A stretch of 64,000 nucleotides of DNA from NCBI GenBank assembly GCA_050290185.1, contig JBNKHE010000006.1:160001-224000 (forward strand). Reading direction: 5' to 3'. The translations under genes and the position numbers were made by a program. This DNA comes from Pontiella sp. GTDB lineage: Bacteria > Verrucomicrobiota > Kiritimatiellia > Kiritimatiellales > Pontiellaceae. Below are positions 1-9,697 of the stretch, piece after piece; the stretch's first letter is position 1; each line of letters starts with the position of its first letter. The notes under the pieces are model-generated. The model ran no database searches. It was not told where the DNA came from and was given only the letters and a program-made list of their open reading frames with translations.

Positions 1-783
1 AAATCCCCCTTACGTAACCCACCACTCCGGAATCCCGCCCAGTCGCTACTTGAACACAAGGAAGAGCTACTTTCTGACAAGCTACTTGGATACGTCATGT
101 ATCCGATGGCTTTCTTTCTGTGGGCTGGCTATGAATGGGTTCGACTTCTACACCCTATGCGGCCCGTACCGTGGGGCGCAACAGTATGTGCTTGTGTGGT
201 AACTGCTATCTGCATTCCAAAAATCCTTCAGTTGAAGAAGCAGGTAAGAAACATTAACCGAGGAATCGAAGGAGAAAAGTCGGTCGGCCAGTTTTTGGAG
301 CAATTCCGCATTAACGGATACGAGGTGTTTCACGATATTCCCGGTGACAGCATCAAGGGGGAAAAGCACAACATCGACCATGTTATGATCGGGCCCGGTG
401 GCGTGTTCACCGTGGAAACCAAATATGTCCAAAAGCCATCCAAGGGACAATGTGTCATCGAAAAGGACGGCGATGTGCTCCGGATCAATGGGCGAGAACC
501 CACTCGCAACCCCGTCATTCAAGCCAAAGCTCAGAGCAAGGAACTGGCCCGGATATTGGCAACATCTACCGGCCAGAAGTACACCGCACAGCCAATAGTG
601 GTTTATCCCGGTTGGTACGTTAAAAACCTGACTCCCGACACATCCGTCTTGGTGCTGCACGAAGATATGATCAGCACGGCGCTAGCGAACTCGAAAACAT
701 CCCTGACACCAGACAAGGTCCATTTGGCGGCCTATCATTTGAGCCGGCATGTCATGAGCATCGATCGCGACAGGAACGGATGA
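1..783 (+). CDS. NERD (nuclease-related domain) membrane protein, 5'-truncated by window edge
   Basis: Frame is open from base 1 (KSPLRNPPLRNPAQSLL...). Two hydrophobic segments, then G.EGE..V, HDIP, NIDHVMIGPGGVFTVETK and NPVIQAK motifs typical of NERD. Confidence 0.8.
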   Translation, partial: KSPLRNPPLRNPAQSLLEHKEELLSDKLLGYVMYPMAFFLWAGYEWVRLLHPMRPVPWGATVCACVVTAICIPKILQLKKQVRNINRGIEGEKSVGQFLEQFRINGYEVFHDIPGDSIKGEKHNIDHVMIGPGGVFTVETKYVQKPSKGQCVIEKDGDVLRINGREPTRNPVIQAKAQSKELARILATSTGQKYTAQPIVVYPGWYVKNLTPDTSVLVLHEDMISTALANSKTSLTPDKVHLAAYHLSRHVMSIDRDRNG

Positions 784-999
784 GCGGTTGCTTTTCAGCA
801 AAAACTGCGCATGAGGCAGAGCGGCGTAACGCATGGGCTGGCGGATAGGTTGATTTCCCCGCTCTTGCGGATCGACTCCAGAGTTGCATTCCAACGCTCT
901 CATTTATGCAAATGGCACGCACAGTGCTATTCATTTGACCTTGACCAGGGTGGGCGATTTGTCACATGGTCTATCGGTTTTATTAAACCCCATTTTTAA

Positions 1000-2043
<1,044 letters not shown>

Positions 2044-2113
2044 TTCTTCCTGATCCATCAAATATCTTCCTGCAACGTGCTGTTGCGCCTGTCCGCCCTG
2101 AGGTAAGGGACGG

Positions 2114-2941
2114 ATGGCTTTTAGGAATAAAAGAGTAGTGTATGCCACAGCTGCGATCGCGTTGCTGGTGGTGGTGTTTGTTCCGCTTCCCTCGCTCACG
2201 CTTAAGGGGAAGGGCGTGGTTCGTAGCGCCATGACCCCGGCCGAACGCGGCACCTCCGGCATATGGAAGCGCCTGTCCGAGGCGGCGGCGGCGATTCGCG
2301 GCATGGGCGGCGCAGTCGAAGAAAACCGCGATCTTTCCCGCGAGCTGGTGCGCGTCCAGGCCAAGCTCAATAGTTTACTCGATGCGGAGGCCGACAACGT
2401 CCGCCTGCGCCACGCGTTCCGGTTTTATCAGGAACAACCGGACACGATGATCCCCTGCGATGTCGTCAGCCGCGATATCAGCGGCTGGTGGAACTCGGTC
2501 CGCATCGGCAAGGGCTCCAAAGCGGGCATTGAACCGGATCTGGCCGTGATCAGTCCCGACGGGCTGGTGGGAAAAACCACGGAGCCTACCCCGTACACTA
2601 CCGAAGTGCTGCTGGTATCCGATCCCGCCTGCCAGGTATCGGCTAAAATCAAGCGTGTGGATGTCTTCGGCCTGGTTCGCGGTGCCGGAACCACGATGAA
2701 GGGCGAGCCCCGTGCGCGGATCGACTTCATCAACAAGGATGTCGAAATCCGCGTGAACGACGAAGTGGTGACCTCCGGCCTCGGAGCATTCCCCAAGGGG
2801 GTGCATATCGGCTATGTGAACAGGATCTACCGCGATGAATCCGGCCTTTTCCAGTATGCAGACATCATTCCGCGCGCCACCGTCGGCCTGCTCGACTATG
2901 TCTTCGTGCTTTCCCCCGCTCCCCGGGAGACCACGGAATGA
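2114..2941 (+). CDS. mreC: Rod shape-determining protein MreC
   Basis: N-terminal TM, coiled coil, GLVGK and VVTSGLG.FPKG motifs; follows mreB. Confidence 0.95.
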   Translation: MAFRNKRVVYATAAIALLVVVFVPLPSLTLKGKGVVRSAMTPAERGTSGIWKRLSEAAAAIRGMGGAVEENRDLSRELVRVQAKLNSLLDAEADNVRLRHAFRFYQEQPDTMIPCDVVSRDISGWWNSVRIGKGSKAGIEPDLAVISPDGLVGKTTEPTPYTTEVLLVSDPACQVSAKIKRVDVFGLVRGAGTTMKGEPRARIDFINKDVEIRVNDEVVTSGLGAFPKGVHIGYVNRIYRDESGLFQYADIIPRATVGLLDYVFVLSPAPRETTE

Positions 2942-3447
2942 AACGACGCGCCTACATGCTGTTCATCATTGTTTTCGGCGCCCTGCTGCAACAGGCGCTG
3001 CCGGGAGTCGCAATGCTTGGCGGGATGAAACCCCCGATTCTGGCGGCCATGGCGCTGCACCATGCATTGCGGAAAGGTACGCCGGACCTCTGGTTGGCGG
3101 TCCTGCTGGCCGCGCTGCTGCAGGACGGGCTTGAGCTGGGCTCCTTCGGACCGGCTCTGCTGGCGTTTCCGGTGATGAGCCAGCTGGCCTACCGCATCCG
3201 GAACGAAATATTTGCCGACGGGCTGGTCACGCAGCTGGCCCTCGGCGCCGCCATGGGCATCTTCACGGCGTTCACCACGTTGCTGATCTATTCCATTACC
3301 GGCCAGCGCGTGCTGCCAGCCGGACTGGTATTCCTGCGGCTTTTCGGTTCGGTGCTGCTAGGCATGGCCACCCTGCCCGTGGTTTCCCGCATCGTCAACG
3401 GTCTGGAATCGCTGATTCCCAAACCCCGGGAGTACGGCTGGCAATGA
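2938..3447 (+). CDS. mreD: Rod shape-determining membrane protein MreD
   Basis: 169-aa multi-TM protein with LLQD motif; ATGA overlaps with both mreC and mrdA. Confidence 0.85.
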   Translation: MKRRAYMLFIIVFGALLQQALPGVAMLGGMKPPILAAMALHHALRKGTPDLWLAVLLAALLQDGLELGSFGPALLAFPVMSQLAYRIRNEIFADGLVTQLALGAAMGIFTAFTTLLIYSITGQRVLPAGLVFLRLFGSVLLGMATLPVVSRIVNGLESLIPKPREYGWQ

Positions 3448-5606
3448 AGGTGCGTCAAAAAAGAGAAGCCAGTATCTTGGTGGTGTGGACGGTCCTTGGC
3501 CTCATGCTGACCGGCATGGGTACACTGGTCGCGGAGCTTTGGAAACTGCAGGTGAAACAGCAGAGTGGCTTCGAAAAGGTCTTCCGCAACCAGTGCGTCC
3601 GGCGCGTCCGCCTGCCGGCGGTACGCGGCAAGATCTACGACACCAACGGCGAGTGCCTGGCCGACAGTGTCCCGAACTATTGCATCGCCATCTATACCGC
3701 CGAATTACGTGCGCCGCATTCCCCCGTCGCCAACGCCCTCGAGTTGGTTCACGAAATAGAAACACGTGTCGGCCGCAAGCCGGACGTTACCTATCGCGAC
3801 ATCAAGCGCCACATGATGTTCACCCCGGACCAGCCGCTGATGGCGTGGAAGGGGTTGAAACCGGAAGAAATCTCCAAGTGGCGCGCGGCCTTCGAAGACT
3901 GGACCGCGCCGCAGAATGGTTCACTGCTGCGGCACCGCATTCCCGGACTCGATCTCGGAAAGCCGGTCGATGGAGACTCGATCGTCATTCATACCCAGAA
4001 ACTGAAAAAAGAACCGACCAGCACCGCGGCGAACACGCTGGAACTCGTGTATGAAATCTCCGAGCGGATCGGCATCGCGCCCCAGGTTACGTTGCGGGAT
4101 ATCAAAAACCACATCTATGCCCGCCGGCCGCTTCCGCTACTGGCGTGGCAGAAGGTTGATAGCCGGACCATGGCCCGGTGGGCGGACACCTGCTCAAACC
4201 TGCTCGGCACCGATATCTACTACAAACCGGACCGCACCTATCCGGAAGGCGAAAATCTGGGCCATCTGATCGGCTACACGCGCGAAGCCGATGCCATACG
4301 GGAAGAAGAAGGCCAGCGGATTGACTTCGACATGCGCGATATCAAAGGCATCAAGGGCCTGGAGAGCACTTACAACGAATTGCTCAGCGGGGAACCCGGC
4401 TATAATCTCGTGCAGATCGATGTCTCCGGCTTCCATCACCGCGACCTCCAGTCGAAACCGCCGGTCCCGGGAGGCGATCTGCTTCTCGCCATCGATAAGA
4501 ACATCCAGCGGTTTGCCGTCGAAGCGCTCGCAATGAAACAGAACGGAGAGGACCCGGACCAGCCGGTGCGCGGCGCAGTGGTGGTGCTCGACCCGAACAA
4601 CGGCGACGTACTTGCCCTGGCCAGCTCGCCTTCTTTCGATCCCAATGCCTACATGGCTTCGTCCAGCTACCGCGCGAAGCTCATGAAGGATCCCTCGATG
4701 CGCGCCATCAATCGCGCGGTTTACGGGCAGTATCCTCCGGGCAGCACCTTCAAGCCAATTGCCGCCCTCGGCGTATTGCGCGTGTATCCGGGCTTCGCCG
4801 AAACCGTCTACGACTGCGACGGCTACATTAGGGTGAACCGCCGGAAAATGCGCTGCGACACCTACCGGACCGGTGGTCACGGCGAGCTCAACCTGCGCGA
4901 GACGATCATGTGCTCCTGCAATGTCTACATGTTCAGGATGGCCCTGGATGTCGGATTTGAGCCGATCCACAACATCGCCGAGCAGATGGGTCTGGGGCAG
5001 TATGCCGGCCTGTTTCCGGATCTCGACAAGCCGCCGCAACAGAAGGATTTGAAATACGGGAACCTGCCCGACCACACCATCAACGACATTGATCTGTGCA
5101 ACATGGCCATCGGCCAGGGAGCCATTACCGCAAGCCCGCTGCAGATGGCAATGGCGACGGCGGCCATCGCCAACGGCGGCACGCTCTACCGCCCCCGCCT
5201 CGTGAAGAAGTGGCGCACCGGTCCGGACGAGGACTACAATAACAACCCGACCTGGGCCATCCGGCGCATTGACGCCCCCATCGAAGCGTTCGAGCTGGTG
5301 CGTGCCGGCATGCTTGATGTGATCGAAGACCGCGGAGGCACCGGAGGGAAAGCCCGGGTTCCGGGCATCGCCATCGCCGGGAAAACCGGCACGGCGCAAT
5401 ACAATAAAAAATTCCCCGATGGCATCGTGCGTGAAAGCCAGCAGACCTGGATGATCTCGTTTGCGCCCTATGATTTCCCCCGCTACGCCATCGCCTTCCT
5501 GGTGGAGGATGGCACCTTTGGCGGCAGCACGGTCGGACCGCGCCTCAGCTACCTCTACGAGCATATTTTCGAATATGACGGAACGCTCAAAAAGGAGGTC
5601 ATGTGA
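3444..5606 (+). CDS. mrdA: Penicillin-binding protein 2 (class B transpeptidase)
   Basis: TM anchor, RGKIYD, then transpeptidase motifs STFK (SxxK), SCN (SxN) and KTG; mre/rodA context. Confidence 0.93.
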   Translation: MKVRQKREASILVVWTVLGLMLTGMGTLVAELWKLQVKQQSGFEKVFRNQCVRRVRLPAVRGKIYDTNGECLADSVPNYCIAIYTAELRAPHSPVANALELVHEIETRVGRKPDVTYRDIKRHMMFTPDQPLMAWKGLKPEEISKWRAAFEDWTAPQNGSLLRHRIPGLDLGKPVDGDSIVIHTQKLKKEPTSTAANTLELVYEISERIGIAPQVTLRDIKNHIYARRPLPLLAWQKVDSRTMARWADTCSNLLGTDIYYKPDRTYPEGENLGHLIGYTREADAIREEEGQRIDFDMRDIKGIKGLESTYNELLSGEPGYNLVQIDVSGFHHRDLQSKPPVPGGDLLLAIDKNIQRFAVEALAMKQNGEDPDQPVRGAVVVLDPNNGDVLALASSPSFDPNAYMASSSYRAKLMKDPSMRAINRAVYGQYPPGSTFKPIAALGVLRVYPGFAETVYDCDGYIRVNRRKMRCDTYRTGGHGELNLRETIMCSCNVYMFRMALDVGFEPIHNIAEQMGLGQYAGLFPDLDKPPQQKDLKYGNLPDHTINDIDLCNMAIGQGAITASPLQMAMATAAIANGGTLYRPRLVKKWRTGPDEDYNNNPTWAIRRIDAPIEAFELVRAGMLDVIEDRGGTGGKARVPGIAIAGKTGTAQYNKKFPDGIVRESQQTWMISFAPYDFPRYAIAFLVEDGTFGGSTVGPRLSYLYEHIFEYDGTLKKEVM

Positions 5607-5715
5607 TGAGCCGCCTTTTTGACCTCTGGCACATGGCGCACGGAGCATGGAGCGGACGGCACGAAACCGCCATGCGTTCTGCGCTTTGCGCTTTGCCGGC
5701 ACGGGAGGTGCTGTC

Positions 5716-6894
5716 ATGAACGGCATCCACCTTAAGCGCCTGGACTGGGTTATGCTCGGAACGATTCTGCTGCTGATCGGGCTGAGTGCCGCGTTTATCT
5801 ACAGTGCCCAGTTTAAGTCGGATGCGGATCCGGTCGGCACCAACTGGATCAAGCAACTGGTCTTTGCCGGCATGGGCCTGGGGGCCTATTTTGCCTTGGT
5901 CTGGCTCGACTACAGCCACATCGCCAAGCTCTCCTGGCTCATCTATGGCGGTGCGATACTGCTGCTGTTGCTAGTATTCGCGTTCCCCGAGGTCAATGGC
6001 GCCCACCGCTGGATTCCACTGCCGGGCTTTACCCTGCAGGCCTCGGAGATCGCGAAGATTGCCGTGGTCATCGGCCTTGCGACCTATTTGTCTGCCCCCG
6101 ACCGCGATATGGATGAATGGAAAACCTTCTTCATCGCAGTCGCGATCGTCGGAGTGCCGTTCCTTTTGATTGCGGCGGAACCGGATCTGAGCACCTCGCT
6201 GACGCTGGCGCCGATCACGCTGGCCATCATGCTCTATTGCGGGCTGCAGCGGCGTCTCCTCATCATCGGCGTTGCGGCATTTCTTCTTTTGGCGGTCGTC
6301 GCCTGTGTGTGGATCAAATACGAGACCACCCCGGAAATTGAAGCGCTGCCCGAGGCCGAACGCCCCGGGATCGTACTGCCGCGGATGCCGTTGCTGGCCG
6401 ACTACCAGAAGGGGCGCATCAAGGTTTTCCTCACCGAGAATCACGATTTGGCCAATGCCGGCTGGAATAAACTGCAGTCGCAGATTGCCGTGGGCTCCGG
6501 CGGGTTTCACGGTAAAGGCTATTTGAACGGGACGCAGAATATCCTGGGATTCCTTCCCCGGACAGTGGCTCCCACCGATTTTATCTTCTGCGTGATCGCG
6601 GAAGAAACCGGCTTTCTGGGTGGAGTGGGCTTCGCGCTGCTTTACTCGTTATTGTTAGGAAGATGTATGTGGGCCTCCATCAGGGCCCACGATGAATTTG
6701 GGCGGCTCGTGGCGCTGGGAATCGGCGTCATGTTGTTCTGTCATGTGTTTGTAAACATAGCGATGACGATCGGCGTATTGCCGATCACGGGGCTTCCGTT
6801 GCCACTGATGAGCTACGGAGGATCCTTCATGGTCAGTACCATGATCGCACTTGGCCTGGTGCAAAGCGTGTACCATCGCCGGAGAATTAGATAA
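5716..6894 (+). CDS. rodA: SEDS peptidoglycan polymerase RodA
   Basis: GAHRWI, EIAK, EPDL, QSQIAVGSGG, TDFIF..IAEE and PITGLPLPLMSYGGS. Start moved to ATG 5716 behind GGAGG at 5704-5708. Confidence 0.95.
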   Translation: MNGIHLKRLDWVMLGTILLLIGLSAAFIYSAQFKSDADPVGTNWIKQLVFAGMGLGAYFALVWLDYSHIAKLSWLIYGGAILLLLLVFAFPEVNGAHRWIPLPGFTLQASEIAKIAVVIGLATYLSAPDRDMDEWKTFFIAVAIVGVPFLLIAAEPDLSTSLTLAPITLAIMLYCGLQRRLLIIGVAAFLLLAVVACVWIKYETTPEIEALPEAERPGIVLPRMPLLADYQKGRIKVFLTENHDLANAGWNKLQSQIAVGSGGFHGKGYLNGTQNILGFLPRTVAPTDFIFCVIAEETGFLGGVGFALLYSLLLGRCMWASIRAHDEFGRLVALGIGVMLFCHVFVNIAMTIGVLPITGLPLPLMSYGGSFMVSTMIALGLVQSVYHRRRIR

Positions 6895-6906
6895 GGAGAG
6901 ATCATC

Positions 6907-8493
6907 ATGTTAAAGAAAATGAAGCCTTTTGGCGGGAAAAAGCGTGAGAAGAAGGAAATCATTATCAACATCGAGCCGCTTGAAACACGCGTGGCGGTGC
7001 TTGAGGATGGGCGGCTCGATAACTTCCACATCGAGCGCGTAGAGGACAACCGGATCGTCGGAAGCATCTTCAAGGGAAAGATTCAGAACCTGGAAGACGG
7101 ACTTCAGGCGGCCTTTGTCGATATCGGACTGAAGAAGAATGCCTTCATCCATTACTGGGACATGATCCCGGAGGATGCCGCGCGTCTGGAACGGGAGGAA
7201 GGCATCCGGGCCAAAAGCTCCACCAGCCGGCGGAAAAAATACAAACCCGGTGAAATGGAAAAGATTTTCCCGGTCGGATCCGAAATCATCGTACAGGTAA
7301 CCAAGGATGCCATTGGCACCAAGGGCCCGCGCGTTACCGCCAACTTGAGTATCCCCGGCCGCTTCCTCGTGATGATGCCCGGCACGCACCTCAAGGGCAT
7401 CTCACGAAAGATCGACGACGTGAAGGAACGCAACCGCCTCAAGAAGATTCTCACGCGCCTGCCGGTTCCGGAAAATCTCGGCCTGATCGTGCGCACTGCC
7501 GGTTCCGGCACCCGCAAGGTCAGCTTTGCGCGCGATGCCCGTACCCTGTTCGAAATCTGGAACGACATCGAAAACGGCATTAAGGAAACCCCTGCACCGT
7601 GCAGCCTGTACTCCGAGCCGCGGCTCGCCGAACGCGTGGTGCGCGACTATCTGACCGAAGATATCGACCGCATCTATATCGACAACCGCGATATGTATGA
7701 AAACACCCGGCAGATCATCGCCAAGTTTTCCCGGCGTTCGCGCAACTGGGTGCAGCTCTACGGCGGCGAAGAACCGATCTTCGACTATTTCGAGGTCGAA
7801 AAGCAGATTGAGTCCGCCTACCGCCGCAAGGTCTGGATGAAGTCCGGTGCCTATCTCATTTTCGATGAAACGGAAGCACTGGTGGCGATTGATGTAAACA
7901 CCGGCCGCCACAAGGGAAGCAAGTCGCAGGATGAATCCATTCTGGAAGTGAACCTCGAATCGGCCGAGGAAGTCGCCCGCCAGCTGCGCCTGCGCAATGT
8001 CGGCGGCCTGGTGATCGTCGACTTCATCGACATGAAGTCCAAGCGCGACCAGAATGCGGTATACCGCTGCCTCAAGGAAGCACTCAAGAAGGACCGTGCC
8101 CGTACCAACGTGCTGCAGATTTCGCAGCTCGGCCTGCTCGAAATGACGCGCCAGCGCGTCGAGGAAAGTATCTACACCTCGGGCTATACCGATTGCCATT
8201 ACTGCCGGGGCCGGGGCCGCGTAAAGTCGACGCTCTCCATGAGCGTGGAAATCCAGCGCCGCGTCAGCGAGTGTATGCGCAAGGACCGCAACGGTACGCA
8301 CTCCATGCGCGTTACGGTCAATCCACAGGTGCTCGACCGACTGCGCAAGGAGGACGAACAGGCCCTTATCGATATGGAGCAGCAGTTCCATGGACACCTG
8401 ACCTTCGTCTCCGACTCGCATTTCCATATCGAGGAGTTCACCATCACCAACGATGACAACGGCAAGGAACTTTTCTCTAGCATAGAAAGTTAA
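6907..8493 (+). CDS. rng: Rne/Rng family ribonuclease
   Basis: S1 region (QAAFVDIG, VQVTKD.IGTKGPRVT), IDVNTG, ARQLRLRNVGGLVIVDFIDM, and CxxC zinc link CHYCRGRG. The rng versus rne choice is uncertain. Confidence 0.9.
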   Translation: MLKKMKPFGGKKREKKEIIINIEPLETRVAVLEDGRLDNFHIERVEDNRIVGSIFKGKIQNLEDGLQAAFVDIGLKKNAFIHYWDMIPEDAARLEREEGIRAKSSTSRRKKYKPGEMEKIFPVGSEIIVQVTKDAIGTKGPRVTANLSIPGRFLVMMPGTHLKGISRKIDDVKERNRLKKILTRLPVPENLGLIVRTAGSGTRKVSFARDARTLFEIWNDIENGIKETPAPCSLYSEPRLAERVVRDYLTEDIDRIYIDNRDMYENTRQIIAKFSRRSRNWVQLYGGEEPIFDYFEVEKQIESAYRRKVWMKSGAYLIFDETEALVAIDVNTGRHKGSKSQDESILEVNLESAEEVARQLRLRNVGGLVIVDFIDMKSKRDQNAVYRCLKEALKKDRARTNVLQISQLGLLEMTRQRVEESIYTSGYTDCHYCRGRGRVKSTLSMSVEIQRRVSECMRKDRNGTHSMRVTVNPQVLDRLRKEDEQALIDMEQQFHGHLTFVSDSHFHIEEFTITNDDNGKELFSSIES

Positions 8494-8536
8494 AAAGCAG
8501 CAGATTCGGAAATCTGAAACCGAACGGGGGATAACA

Positions 8537-9571
8537 ATGAGCGTAGCAAGGACAGTATTTGGGCAAACCACCAACGGGGAACACGTCGACGAATACATTC
8601 TGGAAAACGACCACGGGATGAAGGTTAAGATCATTACGTATGGAGCGGCCATCGTTTCGATCGAGACCCCCGATGCTCACGGCCACGTCGCCGACGTGGT
8701 GCTGGGATTCGATGACATGAGCGGCTACGAAAGCACGGGCAATCCCTACTTCGGGGCCTGTTGCGGCCGTTTCGCCAACCGCCTGGCCGGCGGCCGGTTC
8801 AACATAGACGAAGTCGAATATTCCATGGCCATCAACAATGGTCCGAACGGCCTGCATGGCGGGATCGTCGGCTTTGACAAGAAGATCTGGAAGGCTGAAA
8901 TCGTCGGCGACAGCGCCGTCAAAATGTCGCTGACCAGTCCCGACGGCGAAGAAGGCTATCCCGGCACGCTGACCGTAGATCTGGTCTACACGCTGACCGA
9001 TGACAACGAGCTGAAACTCGAATACACGGCCACCACCGACAAGAAAACCATTCTCAACCTGACCAACCACAGCTACTTCAATCTGGCCGGCAGCGGTTCC
9101 ATACACGGCCACTTAATCCGCATCAACGCTGATCGGTGGACCGTCGTGGACGAACACTCCACGCCGACCGGCGAGCTGCGCGAGGTTGTGGGTACAGAAA
9201 TGGAGCTGCTCGACCCCACGCCCATTGGCAAGAATATTGATCAGGTGCAGGGCCTGGGCTACGACCACAACTACTGCATCAACCAAGCGGCGGCAGGCGA
9301 ACTGACGCTGGCGGCCGCCGTGGTTGAACCGCACAGTAAACGAACCATGGAATGCTGGACCACCGAGCCCGGCGTGCAGTTTTATACCGGAAACTACATG
9401 CAGCACATCCAAGGCAAGGGAGGAGCCATCTACGACAAACAGGAAGGATTCTGCCTGGAGACCCAGCACTACCCCGACAGCCCGAACCATCCAGAGTTCC
9501 CCAGTACAGAGCTGGCGCCCGGCGAAACCTACACCCAGACCACCATCTACAAGTTCGGGGTGCAGGAATAG
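8537..9571 (+). CDS. galM: Aldose 1-epimerase (galactose mutarotase)
   Basis: GRFANR, LHGG, GYPG, NLTNHSYFNL, YDHNY and FCLETQHYPDSPN. Confidence 0.96.
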   Translation: MSVARTVFGQTTNGEHVDEYILENDHGMKVKIITYGAAIVSIETPDAHGHVADVVLGFDDMSGYESTGNPYFGACCGRFANRLAGGRFNIDEVEYSMAINNGPNGLHGGIVGFDKKIWKAEIVGDSAVKMSLTSPDGEEGYPGTLTVDLVYTLTDDNELKLEYTATTDKKTILNLTNHSYFNLAGSGSIHGHLIRINADRWTVVDEHSTPTGELREVVGTEMELLDPTPIGKNIDQVQGLGYDHNYCINQAAAGELTLAAAVVEPHSKRTMECWTTEPGVQFYTGNYMQHIQGKGGAIYDKQEGFCLETQHYPDSPNHPEFPSTELAPGETYTQTTIYKFGVQE

Positions 9572-9581
9572 GAATGCCTGG

Positions 9582-9632
9582 CACGGACGGCTGTCCCCAG
9601 CCGTCCGTGGCGCTCCGGGACACAGAGCGCCC
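9582..9632. repeat. REP-like palindromes between convergent galM and GH2
   Basis: Perfect 12-bp inverted repeat CACGGACGGCTG-TCCC-CAGCCGTCCGTG (9582-9609), immediately followed by GGCGCTC...GAGCGCC. Confidence 0.55.
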
Positions 9633-9697
9633 GGCCCGTCAGACTGACGAAAACCTGCACGTTTTCGGGGGTCCGGGTTTCATCCGACCTGCCTCTA

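Noticed and set aside
1..783. NERD gene as part of a defence island
   Set aside because: No other defence or mobile genes are visible, and upstream context lies outside the window.
935..975. TTGACC as a possible mreB -35 element
   Set aside because: No convincing -10 element at proper spacing.
4194..5726. 510-aa antisense ORF, and similar long shadow ORFs (7402-8652, 17418-18635, 21322-22788, 31835-32998, 54855-56120, 58895-59986)
   Set aside because: They lie opposite well-supported genes, lack motifs, and are expected from codon bias in GC-rich DNA.
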